DNA from: Mytilus edulis
Taxonomy: Eukaryota
Length of the DNA stretch: 64,000 nucleotides
Assembly: GCF_963676685.1 (NCBI RefSeq)
Contig: NC_092348.1
Coordinates: 8,866,001-8,930,000 of the forward strand
Reading direction: 5' to 3'
Shown here: piece after piece, positions 11,509 through 25,680 of the stretch
How positions within the stretch are numbered: position 1 is the first letter of the stretch
Layout of the letters: each line of letters opens with the position of its first letter
The notes under the pieces: generated by a model
The model's input: the letters and a program-made list of their open reading frames with translations, nothing else
Databases searched by the model: none
Told to the model about the DNA's origin: nothing
Translations under genes and position numbers: made by a program

Positions 11509-14500
11509 TTAAATTCCTATACATTTAAGATTCAGAAAACTCACATACATCAGTTCATTGACTCATACTTCAAGAATTATGCAAAACTACCCATACGATC
11601 CAACCAACTGTCTTAATATTGATATGCCGGGGAGATAATGAAATTACTAACAGTCACTGCTTTGTACAGTTAAAGAATAAATGAGGTGGTATCTTGAAAG
11701 TATCTCATATAGTATTTCCATGCTATTACCAAAATTTAAATGTATAATGAAATACGATCGACACGTGTTGTATACGGTTTTTCGTGTTTTACATAATATA
11801 CTGTATCAATCATATGACCAATGACGTTCTACTGTACTTTTAGGTGAAAGGATACACATTGAACAACACCTTTTAAACCTGTTTTCCGGATATACTACGC
11901 AGTATTTACAATAGATGAATTGGATGTTTACCTTGTAAAACAAAACATAAATGCAAAAAAAAAAAAAAAAATAGGTGAATTGATTGTTTAAAAAAAACGA
12001 CACGAAAACGTAGTTCACGGTTTAATGGATTGATTTATATAAGTCGGTTAACAATTATACTGTACTGACAACTAGAACATATTAATTACTAAAATGTTGA
12101 AAAGGCATCAAAACTGCATTGAACAGGTATATATCGACTGACAACGATTGATTTATCCACCTGTGAGTCAAACTTGTTTTCTATAAAGTTATTGGTTGTA
12201 GGATGACCAATTGTTTGCTCTATTTATACCTCTTTCTGGAATGTTGATGAAAATAAAATGAAGAACGAGAGACTTAGAATTTTGTTACATTTTATTATGT
12301 TATTGTTCTTCAGAGGGAAACATCAAGTCATCTGCAAAATCCAGGAATAAAGAAATAAATGGGGGGTTGAAGCTGTTTTATGGCTTGCCAAACCTCCCGC
12401 ATATATGGCAATGTAAAAAAATATCGCTAAACTGAAAATACTACGTGACAGAAATACAACACAAACATGCACACGTAAGAACACTCATCACAGAGAAACG
12501 CACAAATAAATGATATGATAGTATTAACAACATGTAAATCGCCGAAAAACAACGAAACTACAGGATATTGTATAACGTGTCGTTTACTTTTTGAATGCTG
12601 TTCCAGTTTGTAGGTCTGTTTTCGGCTGTTCAACAAATTACCTGATAGTATATAGAATGTTGAGGGGTTAAATGTTTATGTACGCGCATCCCTTCCCTAA
12701 CCTGAGACAGTGGCTATACAGCACAACATAAAAAACAAACTGTAAATAAAGTCAGTTGGAAATGGATTGAGTAATAAGATCGACACGAACGACCAGCACC
12801 TCTAACATAAAGACAAAAGATCCACAGTGCCGTTCTAAGAGTAATCGAAGTTAATGAAAGCGTGTTCAAACCCAATAACAACTAAATTATAGAAAAATCA
12901 TCTTATTCCAGACGATTAATCAGTATACATGCGTCGAATTTGATGTGAAGACGTCATAAACAGTCCGTTTAAGAATAAATTTGTGCTAGAATTAGTGAGT
13001 TCAATTCGATCGTATTCAAATTCACGAGCTTTATAAACAATATAACCGTAAAAGATTGGATGAAACATCCTATATTTTTTTTTAGGAGAAATGATATAGT
13101 AGTAAGCATTATAAATTCTCAACTTGTCAATTTATTTGTCTGAAAACTGTTTATTTTCCTGTAGATGTCTTGTTGGGTTGCTGTATCATTGACGTAAAGT
13201 CTTTAATTCCCTTATTTCATTCTGGACATTTTGGAGGTAGGGGTTTGGTGTTGTGTGGTTTCATTGGCGTACACTTCACATTATTTATTGTTAATTCGTT
13301 TGTTGTAATTGCTCTATCATGCTGCAAATACGTTTAATGTTACAAATGAACAAATATAAATATTTTGTAGAAAAAATTATTGAATTGATAATTGTTCACT
13401 TAATACTATTCAGAAGGAAGCATTCAGTTATTTCGATCAAGACGACAAAAGACAACATAGAATCATAGTAGTATGAGCAATTAATGGCAATTTATGGAGT
13501 GTTTCTTCTAAAGAGAAAACATCTTTAATTAACTAGATTAAATGCTAGCACACATGAAACCCAGAACAAATAAGACATATTTAATTGATAGATTAAAAAA
13601 ATGGACTCACAATACTACCACATTAAGTATCCTGTGAAGGATCATCTACAAATACCTTATAACATTTTCATTGAATAAAGTAGATTTTAAAAAGACAAAT
13701 TAAAAATCAATAAAATTCAATATGTCATTAATGTCACAAAATATAAGATATCATATCTTGACTATTTTCGTTTTATCTAAATCAGATAAGAACTTAACAT
13801 AATTTTTCCAGTTATGAGTTTTAATAGCGACAAAAAAAAAAGCATCAACATGGAGTCTCACATCTAAAATAAAATAAGGGTTATCATAGCCAATCAAATT
13901 TCAGGAAATGCATTATTTGGTTTCTTGGATAATTTTACAAAACGGCGGTTGCACATTACCAATAATATAAATTTGGAGATCCTCACGTTTGACAATGCCA
14001 TCAAAAATACCAAAACATTACATTATACAAATATAGATTATGTTTTATGTTTTCAAATATGTTGCATTATTTAATAATATGTCAGTAAATAAATGACCTT
14101 TTCAATTTCATATATTTTTGTTGTTCAATTTCGATTTCATCAACTTTGGTCGGCTTTACTATGTCACAGTAAGTGGAATGATTTGATACTTATACTAAAA
14201 TAAATTTATAATGTAAAAATAAGATGTGGTATGATTGTCAATCAGATTGAGTATGTAAACAACTAAAAGTTACGTAGGGTCTTGGAAAATTTATGCTGCA
14301 TTTTTTTAAAGCAAAGTTTTTAGACTGACACACCTAGCTCTTTTAACACGACCCTCAACTTATCTGCATACAAATTCTTTGTTAGGATGTTTAATATATT
14401 TTTTATCATATTTAATAACAAACACTAAAATACCGAAAACGTATTAGAAAAAAATGCAACATGAGGAACTTTGAGATAACTTAGCGTTTTAGATATGTGC

Positions 14501-15158
14501 AGTGTTGAAAATGAATACATATACAAATAAAGAGATGTGGAATAATGATAAAAATATCAATCAGAGTGCAGATTTAAGCAACTTTATTAAAGTGTCGGCT
14601 GGGATCAAGATTTTTCAAGTGATTTGACATGTGATTACGTTTTTTCTTCTTTCGAGTAAATCTGATCCCAAATGTAGACAAACAGACTTCTTTTCTCGTA
14701 AGACCTAAACTATATGCTTTAACTTAATGTACAAGATCATACAAAGTAAATTCGTATTTGTTATAAAAAATATCATCATTTCATTATTTTGTGTTATAAA
14801 AGTTATTATTTTCTTTTCAATGCTTTTTTTTTTTTTATCTAAAAATATAAAATACAGCCATTTTTTATCAAGACATTAATGAAAATGTCAATGAAAAAGT
14901 ATACATATTTATAAAAAGAAATCATCGATTTATTAAAACCCTCACCACTTGGACAGTTATAATAGGGCCCGACATGGCAAAATGTGAATAAATTCAAAGG
15001 AAAAACCCCACGGCATGATTTGGGAAATAAACAATAGACAAATATGCCTGATAATAACAAACGACAACCACTTCATTACTGGCTCCTGACTCAGAACAGC
15101 CGTATCAACATTTCAAAATAAGACCATTCCAGACTATTTAAGTGATAAACTAGAAAAT

Positions 15159-15863
15159 ATGCAACTTGAAGCGGCTAGGATAGTAACTGGTGGTACTAAG
15201 TTATCGTCCATAAATAAATTATACGACGAAACAGGATGGGAGTTACTATCAGAAAGACGTAAAAAACACAAAATTATAAAATTTCATGAAATGTTTCATA
15301 ACAAAACCCCTGATTATTTAAGCGATATTTTCCCTCAACAATTGTTTAATATTCATAATTATGACACAAGACGAACAAATGACACGCAACATATAAAGTG
15401 TAGAACTGCATTTTACCAGAAATCTTTTCTTCCCTCAGTTATTCGATCCTGGAATGCTATTCCGGACGATATCAGACTAATTCCATCTAAGTTTACACTT
15501 AAACGTTACCTTAATCAAAATGTAAGTAAATTACCAAATTATTATTTTTATGGAGACAGGAAAGGACAAATACTTCATGCCAGACTTCGGTTGGATTGTA
15601 GTAATCTGAACGAACATTTATTTAAGAGAAATCTTATAGAAAGTAAAAACTGTACCTGTGGTAGAATCGAGAGCAGTAAGCATTTTCTTCTCAAGGGTAA
15701 TAATTACTCCCTTGTCAGAAAACGTACAATAGAAAAAATTCCGTTCCCATACAATATAGAAACACTCCTATTTGGCTGCAATAACCTCAATCAAGAGGAA
15801 AATCTACTCGTGTTTAAACAAGTGCAACATTTTTTGGTAGATTCGAAGCGTTTTGGCTTATAG
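15159..15863 (+). pseudogene. C-terminal (post-RT) fragment of CR1-like LINE ORF2
   Basis: Motifs QLEAARIVTG, LYDETGWELLSERR, SFLPSVIRSWN, HARLRL and CTCG..ES..HFL are typical of CR1-group ORF2 ends. The RT core is absent. Confidence 0.85.
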
Positions 15864-16651
15864 TCCTTCGTGCATGATTAGGATCGTAATTAGGTGAGAC
15901 AGTCTTGACAAAGTCCTGTAAACACACTCCGCCGCCGGTACATAAGATAAGATAAGATAAGATAAGATATTTTTATTTCCAATTATGGGCCCCAAAGGGC
16001 ATAAACATTACAACATCAATAATTTTTTCATAATACAATACAAACAATGAGATAAAAAAAAAAAGAAGTTAAACGAGAACTATTTAAGTTCTTAAAGAAT
16101 ACGTAGATAAAGAATCTATAGTATGTTGGTTTTTTTTAATACTAATGCATTTTATTACAAGTGTGGTTGATATAGATAACAAACAAGCAGCCCAAAAAGA
16201 AAAAAAAAAGAAAAATAGATATCCACATATGTATAGTACACAAAAAGTTGGATCAATTAAATATATAATAATTAGCCAAAAAGAAAGTAGAAATTAAACA
16301 TGTCCATGACTCATCCTGTGTCAGCAGCAAATAGGAAAGCATTATGGTTTCCTAAAGGCAGCTGACACCAGGGGACGATACCTTATGGGCCATAGGCATG
16401 TAAAATGTGTGTAAATGTCTCTTTCCTACCTGTATCAAAAGCAAACAAGGAAGCATCATAGGTAACTTGAATGCAGTTGATACCAGGGGACGATGCCTCA
16501 AGGATATAAGAGAACATTTGAATAAATAATATATCTTAACAATTATTTTTTTTTTTAATCGGCTAGTATGTTTGTGATATTCAGATGAATATAATTTTCT
16601 ATGTCCAATCAAATGTATATACACACATAGATTTCCTTTAACTAATCTTCA

Positions 16652-19600
16652 CTAAGGAAGATGTTTGTATATAAAATTACATATTATTTTAAGTAACTCA
16701 ACATTTTCTACACTAAATAACCAGATAATTTTGCTTTGACTGTTCATATGATTAAAATAAGAATTATATTGTGCAATACTAGCTAACATACAATTTCTAT
16801 CATCCTCAAATTTGTTACAATCAAATAGAAAATGAGCCTCATCTTCGACAGTATTGGAAGAACATTTATTACATATTCTGTTAATTCGGGGAATACCCTG
16901 ATATCTACCAAAATTCTATTTGTAATCTATGAGAAGATACACGTAATTTAGTAAAACTTCTTCTAAGTTCAAAATTCTTGATCAATGTTAGATATTTTTC
17001 AAAACCAAAATTTGTTTTATATAAAAGGTAGGTTTTCAGTTTAATTACTGTCTGAAAATTTATCTATTTGTTTTTTCCAACAGCTAATAAACAATATTGA
17101 TAGCTTGGTTTGTATATATTTCTTAAATTTGTATAAGGATTCACAAAATGGAGCATTTATGGCATTTGTATAGTCAATACCAAGTATTTTAAAAACAACA
17201 TTTATTGAACCATACCATGATGTTATATTCATGTGATGTAGTGTCTTTGATTGTGTATATGCCTCTTTTAATAGAGGAAAATTATTACCTAAATTCTCTA
17301 ATCTATACCAGTACAATAACATTCCTTTTATAATATTAAAATATATTGGAAATCTTCCAAGTTCAGATAACACTGCAGCATTTGTTGTTTTCTTGTGTAC
17401 CCCAAGTATAAATTTACAAAATTTTATATGAAGTTTCTCACAGGGTAAACCTGAATATAATTTTTCAAAAGATATATCTTCCTTCTTACATTTAGAGGAA
17501 AGAGAATTAAACATCCCCCATATTTCGCTACCATATAATAAAATAGGTTTTACAGTGTGGTCAAAAACATGAATACTTGTTTTTACATCAGGATTAAGTG
17601 ATAAAAGATCTTTCCTTAATTTGAAATGAGCTTTCAGGGATTTTTTGTATAGTTCATTTTGAGCATAACTGAATGAACCAGATGAGCTTAAATATAAACC
17701 TAGGTATTTGTATTTTGAAACACATTCCAGATTTATATTCTGAAATGTGAATATCTGTTTTACATGTCTGCCTGCCTTGTTGAAAATCAGCACCTTTGTC
17801 TTATTAGTATTCACATTGAGACCCCAATCTTTGCAAAATTTATCAAGCATTCCCAGCTTTTCTCGTAGTCCTTCAGCTGATGTAGATAATAAAACAATAT
17901 CATCAGCATACATTAAACAATGTAGATCTTTGTCATTGACATTAACTGGGTCTCTAGTATCTGACAAATATCTGGGCAAATCATTTATGAATATCTTGAA
18001 TAAATTCGGACTGAGGTTGTCACCTTGTTTGACTCCAATATCTAATGGGAAAAAATCACTTACTTGATTTTGAATTTTGACACATGATTTGCTAATTTCA
18101 TACATACTTTTAATAATGTTATAAAAATAAGACCCAGCCCCAATATCTAGTAGTTTAATCTTGATCCCTGTATGTATAACAGTATCAAAAGCCTTCTGAA
18201 AATCAACAAAACAGGCAAACAGTCTACCTTCTTTTGAATTACAGTATTTGTTAATAAGACAGTTTAAAATAAACATATGATCTGCAGTTCTGGCTTTCCT
18301 TGTGAATCCAATTTGACTATCATGTATAATATTATGTTCCTGAAGAAATTTGTCCAGTCTTAGACTTAATATTCTATTAAAAAGCTTTCCAATTGCACTT
18401 GTTATTGTTATTCCTCTATAATTGTTAGGGTCACTTGTATCGTTGCTTTTAAAAATTGGTGTAATATAACCTTCAGTCCAAGATGTTGGGTATATACCTG
18501 AAGACAGACAAGTATTAAACATCTGTTGAAACTTTTTAAAAGGAAAGTCTGTCCATTCTTTATCATATTATTACTAATGTTATCCAAGCCTGATGATTTA
18601 TTGCATTTTAAGTGTGAAATGGCTTTGGATATTTCAGACTCAGTGATAAAGGAGTCCAACTCGTTGAAACATTTTGAGTTTTCTAACTGTTTCAGTTTTT
18701 CACATAGCTCTGTATATCTACTTTGAAATTCACCTTTCAGTTGTGACAACTTTTGGAAATGTGATATCAAAGTTGATGGTTGTACTCCACATTTTTTTTA
18801 GTTTCATTTTTTTCCTGTAGTTCATTAATTAAGTTCCAATACAGTTTTGGATTCTCTTCGTGCAAGGAGTCCAGCTGACTAATCAATGATTGTTTGTATT
18901 GTTTGTATTTATATTTCCTTAGTTTGGAGTATTCACGATTCAGTTTATAAAAGTGATTTTTGATAATTGGATCATATGGAAATCTTGAATAAATTTTTCC
19001 ATAATTAAGCAAGTTAGTTCGAGCTTGTTGTAAACTTGCGTCAAACCACTTTTTGTTTTTTTGTTTGTTTGTGTGTTTTTTTAAAGGTCGTTTAAGTGAT
19101 AGATTTGCTGCTGATAAAAAGATGTTTGAAAGTTTTGATGATGCGTCATCTACTGATGTCTGAGTAAATTGAATTGTGCTGTTGTTGAATTCTAGTATGT
19201 AGTTTTGTAGTGTATCTGAAGAAAGTGTTTCTTGAAATTTTATTGCTGAACAGTCAGTCCAGACATAATTAGGTGTCATATTTTTCAACTGGATTGGAAT
19301 ATCATTTTCTCCAGGAACACAATATTTTGCAGATAATTCCCACTCAAGTTTACAATGACAATCAGATAATGTGGGAATAAATCTGGATACTTTAAAATAC
19401 AGTACATTTTCAAGAATTTCTTCCGACACAGCAACATAATCAACCACACTTGCACCATTGGGGGTATAGCAAGTAAAATTACCAAATGTATCACCAAGAA
19501 CTCTGCCATTTAAAATTCTTATTTGTTTACTAATGCAAAAATCCAAAACTTCTTTGCCTCTTTGATCAATTTTTTGGTCTCGACTTTTTCTTGTCATAAT

Positions 19601-20179
19601 GTTTTTGTCAGTAGGGTATGTATCAAAAATTGGAGTAAATTTTGAATCATCGTTTACTATAAAGTCATTTTCAGAGCCTATTCTGGCATTAAAATCTCCA
19701 CATAACAAAATTTCACCCATTTTTTTATACTGAAAGATATCTTTTTCTATGCATTCAAAAACATCAGAAGAGAGTTCTTGGGTATATTTAGACGTAACAG
19801 GGGGGTTGTACAGTACACAAATAAATAGGTCACTTTTAAATCCAAAAAAGGATTTTTCTAATTTAATCCATTGATAATCTGGATTACTGTTAATCAATAA
19901 TTTGACATGAGGTTTAACGTGACTTTTCTGTAGAATTGCTATACCCCCAAAATGACGGTTATTATTTGATAATTTTCTACATATTGGATGATAATGAAAT
20001 TTGCCAATATTGTGTATTTGGGAATTATATCCCACATGAGTTTCGACTAAAAAAACAATGTCGTAATTCTCTATATGTTTCAGAAAAAGGGGATCCTCTG
20101 CTTTATTCATGCCCTTTGAAAATAAGCCACCTATATTCCAATAACCAAATTTTACAGATGATTGGTTTGATTTTGGCAT
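16652..20179 (-). pseudogene. LINE ORF2 (APE endonuclease, reverse transcriptase, CCHC zinc knuckle), frameshifted
   Basis: APE motifs WNIGG, LVETH, GDFNAR, VDY and SDH. RT motifs NYRGI, FVDFQKAFD, QGDNLSP, YADD and YKYLG. The C-terminal RICNKC...EDEAHFLFDC lies beyond the ORF track. Frameshifts near 18790, 18530, 17040 and 16920; stop at 16652-16654. Confidence 0.93.
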
Positions 20180-20780
20180 TTTGGTTGATACAATTAAATC
20201 TGGTATAAATAATAGAATAGATTTTCTATCTATAAAAAAAAAAATAATAAAAATTTGTCTCTAAATAAAAGGAAGAGACAACAAGGAAAATATTCAGAAA
20301 TGTAAATATTTGAAATAAGTAGATTTATTTAGAGGATAGTTTTTACAATGGTTTTCTAAATACAAATAGTCTATGATATAATGACAGATAATTTCTTTTC
20401 TATGTATCCTCTTTTAACTGAATAACTATTAAACTGATTTGGGTTGAATAACCTGATATCCTGGGTTAATTCAAGATCAAAAGTATGATTCAAATGTGAA
20501 AACTAAAAATAAAAATGAATAAAATAAAATAAAAAAGGCGAACTTTTATACCTAGCAGAGGTTACATATATATGACCATGTAATAGTGTGACTTCTTCAC
20601 ATAATGGCTGTTTCATTTGAAAAATCTATTCAAATGAGAATATGAATTTATCAGCCCAAAAAAAAAAGAAGAAATATATAAAGTTGTACATGTATATATA
20701 AATTATATGTAAATGACTTTAAACATGTTAAAGGAAGTCAACATAATGATATGGTAATATGTATAATATTAAAAAGCAAG

Positions 20781-21170
20781 TTATTCATGATGACCTCTGC
20801 CACGTCCACGTCCACGTCCTCTTGTGTTGCGCGATTTGGATCTACCTCTTGAATTTGGCATGGGAATGTTTAAGGCAGTGTGTATTCCACGCTTTAAGTT
20901 TGCCGATAGCTGAGACACGCCAGAGTCAGAGAGATGAAATTTATCTTGACTTAGTAGCTCTGCAATTGGGTTTCCATTTCGCAACATATTGCCATGATCA
21001 ACAAGTAGAACATCTTTATTGTCATCATATATTTGTTTCAACAAGGCATTTATGATTTGTCCATTTGTGTTAAAAATTACACTGTCGAGTCGAGGAGTAG
21101 TAAGAGAGATGATGCAACCACTATTTTGCCATTTTTGAAGTGCAAGCTTGACAATATCTTGTATTTCTTC
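20781..21170 (-). pseudogene. 3' part of LINE ORF1, SGNH-esterase-like domain with an RG-rich tail
   Basis: IISLTTPRLD...INALL...DHGN...DKFHLSDSGVSQL (DxxH block) followed by RGRGRGRGRG. Confidence 0.8.
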
Positions 21171-23383
21171 TACATATATATAGGAAAGATCTGACGAAAA
21201 AAAAAAATCCACTTTTTTATTTTGCAGTTATTTCCCTTTATCTTTTTTCTACAGGGAGACGGATTAATATAAGGGAAACCTTGTTTCCGAATCCCTTTGT
21301 AATATTGTATCACTGTATTTATATGTGTATGTCATGCACATGATTTTTTGAAATAAAATATGTTTAAATTAAAATAAGACCATGGGTGTGTGATTGGCAA
21401 CGAGGCAGCTTTTCACTAGAGATACATGAACGGCCTTCAACATTGAGAAAAGAAAACCCACAAAACTAGCTATGAAGTGTTGCGATATATGACAAATGTT
21501 AGCGAATTTATATGAAAATAAGACGAAAAATAAAAAAATAAAATAAATTTAAATCAATAATGACCAGACGTTTTTCATTCTTACCATCATTAGATAGAAA
21601 ACAACGAGGGGAAAAGTTCTGAAGTGCACCACCTAGTCTCTGATCTTTTTTCAGGATCATTATCATTCTGGAAAGTATAAAATAATAATATTAAAAACTT
21701 TCAGAGCACATTTGAATTTTAAACAAATACAAAAGATTTACAATGAAAAGACCGTCACGGGGTCGGAGCTAATCGCTCGATCTAAATATTGAAAGTCGCT
21801 ATATATATTATAAGTACCGTTTTTGTTTAACTAATGGTTATAGCGGAGCGACGAAATCTAAAAATGTGCTTAGTTAAGGAGTTTAATGCAACCGAAGAAC
21901 ACATACTCTGAAAGTTTTGAAATGAAAGGATAAATAATAAACTTATTTTTAAAACATGCCATAAGAAAATCTTATTATAGAATTTCAGTAAAAATAACCT
22001 TTTTTCTGCGTCATACAGATCAAGTTTATAAGAAGAAATCGCTGATTTACTAAAAAAAGATTATTTTTACTACAAATCATCAGATCAGACTATATTTGAA
22101 CATGAAAATGTAAGAATAAATCATTATTGATAAAAATTGTCAATTATTTCATTTTAAATGTGAGTTTTCTTTTCAGTAGTTAAGTACGTGGTTAACACGA
22201 AATATATACCGATTGACGTTTATAATAACCATTCGCATCACATATATTAATTTTGAATATAAATACATTGAAACATAGTTGATACAATAAGACTTCACTT
22301 GAAATTCGTTTTAATTCTTTTATTGAGAAATTTCAGAATTTAAATAACACACACGAATCCGTAACAGGGTGCATTATATTATATGCAAATCACGTGCACA
22401 TTGAATTGGTTTATTTTACAGGGTGCATTTTAATCCTCAACCCGATCAGTTCCATCAGTCATATATGCAAATTACGTGCACATTGCATTTGTTTATTTTA
22501 AGTTTCTGTTAGTGGTCTTTAAACCAAAATTTGCGTTTATAACATATTTCGGATCTTTTGTGAAAAAATTCCGGAAAGTGTCACAGTTGATTTGTCCAGT
22601 GAATCAACATCTTTCGATTGTCAGGAATGTATTATTTGTTAAACTGAAATTCGGGTGAAATTCTTCATTTTCACTGACAATAGCAAAGTAAGTTTTATTG
22701 AAGCTACGGAAGTACAAAAATATAAGATAAATAAGAGGATTGAAGTTTTTTTTCTTCTGTCAATCATTATTTCGGGAAAAAATAAACAATATTAGTAATT
22801 AGGTAATAGATAATGTCATAAATTATACGATAACAAACACAATCTTGCTCGCTATATTTATAAACAAGAATAACTGGAAACGGTTGGTTGTAATCATATC
22901 TAGAATAACAACCCGATCTGATTGGAATTCCTGCATATATATGGTAAGACTGACAGAAAAAAAGACAAGACTGCCCCCATTTTAACTAGAAAACAGAAAA
23001 AAAAATTATCACAGAGGCAACCAGAAATAAATCATGAAACTGAATCAACAGTTTTGCTTATTTAAATTCTGATTCGTCATTCGTCCTGTTTAAATTCCTT
23101 AGTATCTATTGAATACACACACACAAAACAAAAAACAAAAATCAGATGAAGAAAAACTTTAAACCGGAATAAACTGCATTTGTGAATTTGATATCAGAAT
23201 TTGATTCTTATCTAATAATGTTATGTATAAGGCCTTTATGTAGACATTAATTAAAAATGTGTGTGCCTTGTCTTCAATAGAACATGCTAGCAAAAGGCAC
23301 AAATGATACATTGCCGCAAAATTGGTTGCGAATTTATTACGGCGATTATGGAACTACACCACAGCCATGGTCAATCTATCATC

Positions 23384-23540
23384 CATAGGCGGATCCAGGG
23401 GGACCCTGGGGGGCCCGGCCCCTCCTTTCGTGGGAAAAAATTGGTTGATTATATAGGGAATCATTAAAGCATGACTGGAGCAGGCCCCCCCTTAAGTCAG
23501 TCAACGGCCCCCCTTAGGAAAAGTTCTGGATCCGCCACTG
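23384..23540. mobile_element. Short GC-rich MITE with hAT-like TIRs
   Basis: TIRs cataggcggatccag / ctggatccgccactg. No clean TSD. A solo right end of the same family lies at ~50795-50821. Confidence 0.7.
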
Positions 23541-25324
23541 CCATCGCATTCAGCAGTTCCATTTATATGGCATATAATGCAGGCACCGTTAATGTTATCA
23601 TTACCAATGTGTTATTAAAATTTTCTATAATAAAAAGGTTTGAAATTATTTTTAAATTAAAGAAATGAATGTATCTCCTTCATGCAAGGCTCCGATTCTT
23701 TGCACAGCTTTGGTAATACGTTTGTCTTTTTGGTTTATGATATCTTCATTTGTTTTAATCAGTTTTGATTTTTCAAATATCTTAACCTCGATCATCACTG
23801 AAGAGACATTTTTGTCGACATTCCCATTTGGTGAATTGTACCAATAATGTTGTTACTATTGGCAATGCCATTAAAGCTTTCGCACAAATGGATCACATTT
23901 CTGCATTGTAGTTTCATTCAGGAATAGTTACTAGTCGTAAGGAAGGGTCGCCGGAATATTTATATAGAATGAAAATAACCGCAGATCTTTTGAACTGGTT
24001 TTCGGTTTTAAAAAAAAATCACACAAACAAAAAGCATTGCTTATGTTTCACTTAAACCATGTTCTCTGTTTGTCAATGATGGCCTCCTTCAGAGATGTAC
24101 AAATATCGTAAACATCATCACTAGTACAATGCTCAAATACGTCTATTTAAAGTTCCATAACGTAACAGCGAGTCATTGTTTTTACAATTGTGTTCTATGC
24201 ATAGTGATTTCATTTTTGTATCAGATTATGTCTCTTAACGAATAAAAGAAGATTCCGGGATTCTACGCCAGTTACTCAACAACGACTAACCAAACAATAT
24301 CGAGAGGACAGCATACAGTCTTCAACAGCTCTCTTTGCAATTTGTCAATCTTTTTATCGCCTCAAGTCAAGAATAAGTTATACTCATAAATATGATTAAG
24401 GACAAATATAAGACCAAGGTGCACAATTCCCACTCAAAACCATGATTTACTGAATATCTAAATCAAAACATAAAATTAAATATTTTTGTGACTCGCCGGT
24501 GGTGCTCGCATCTAAACATTTGGAAGTATAAAAAAATATTAAGTTGAACTGGAATGAAAACCAAATAAAGTTATGCGTGGGAGCAGAAAATGGTAAATAT
24601 ACAGAACATGACTGCTGTGTTGACTAATGGACTCGTTATGACATTTGAGTTATTTAACCGTCTCTGCACGGGCCAAAATTCCAACATAAACAAGTGGTAA
24701 TAATATTTTTGTTTTAGATAACCTATAAATGAAATTAGGTTGAAAAGTACAAGTCATTGAACATTTGGCGGGAAATGGGCTTGTAATGCCACGTGAGTGC
24801 CACTAGTCACTTTATAATATGTTTGTTTTTTTTGTTTGGTGTTTTTTTAACTCATTTACATTTTAATTTCGTCGTGGCCTTTTATAGCTTGCTGTGCATT
24901 ATGAGTGATTATTGTTAAAGGCCGTACGGTGACCATATAGACGTCATTTAGTCTCGCGTGGATATTTGTCTCATTGGCAATCATACAGCATAGATCTACT
25001 AATTATATATTACGATGCAATTTCGAATTGCCGCAAAATAGGAGTAGAACAGGGTAATTGAATTGCAAGTAGTAAGATTATAATAAAATATTGAATCTGA
25101 ATCTCGAAAAAAAGTATCCGAGAGAAAATTTGTTTTTAAAATATTTCAATAGTTGTATTAATTATAAAAAAAAAGAAGATGTGGTATGATTGCCAATGAG
25201 ACAACTCTAAATTATTAAGTATGTTTACAGTTTCATCATAACTTTTCCTTCATCACAAAACTGAACCGTGTCGAACATGAACTAAACCATGATACAGAAT
25301 TGTCAGTTATCCTAATTTATATGC

Positions 25325-25680
25325 AAAAAGTAAAATCACAAAAATACTGAACTCAGAGGAAAATCAAATCGGAAAGTCCCTAATCACTTGGCAAAATCAA
25401 ATGAAAAAACACATAAAAAACGAATGGACAAGAACTGTCATATTCCTGACTTGGTACAGGCATTTTCAAATGTAGAAAATGGTGGATTAAACCTGGTTTT
25501 ATAGCGCTAAACCTCTCACTTTGTTGACAATCATACCACATCTTCTTTTTTATATCATCAAATTCCGTTATATTTACAATGATGCGTGAATTAAACAGAC
25601 ATAATAAATAAAATAGTCAAAATATGGGTACAGCAGTCATCATCGTGAAACAATTTTAAAAGGAACTATTTAACAGAACA
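25325..25680 (+). repeat. Interspersed repeat (aaaagtaaaatcacaaaaatactgaactc family)
   Basis: Copies at 59442-59670, 46537-46625 (5' part) and 1-110 (3' part). Confidence 0.75.

Larger units (their letters stand above)
15945..21170 (-). mobile_element. RTEX-like LINE, 5'-truncated within ORF1, with an (ATCTT)n tail
   Basis: Esterase ORF1 end plus APE-RT ORF2. AATAAA followed by about 5 atctt units at ~15945-15977. Candidate TSD tacata at 15939-15944 and 21171-21176. The clade call is by motif recognition. Confidence 0.85.
15128..21370 (+). mobile_element. 5'-truncated CR1-like LINE whose 3' UTR is split by a nested LINE
   Basis: 13-bp TSD aaaataagaccat at 15115-15127 and 21371-21383. ORF2 C-terminus at 15159-15863. 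The 3' UTR resumes at ~21177 and ends aataaaatatgtttaaatt. Confidence 0.82.

Noticed and set aside
11138-11616. ORFs of 106-143 aa
   Set aside because: Artefacts of the N gap.
20781-21212. Intact 143-aa esterase gene
   Set aside because: The start lies outside the LINE boundary (21170), in host CR1 UTR sequence. It is a truncated ORF1.
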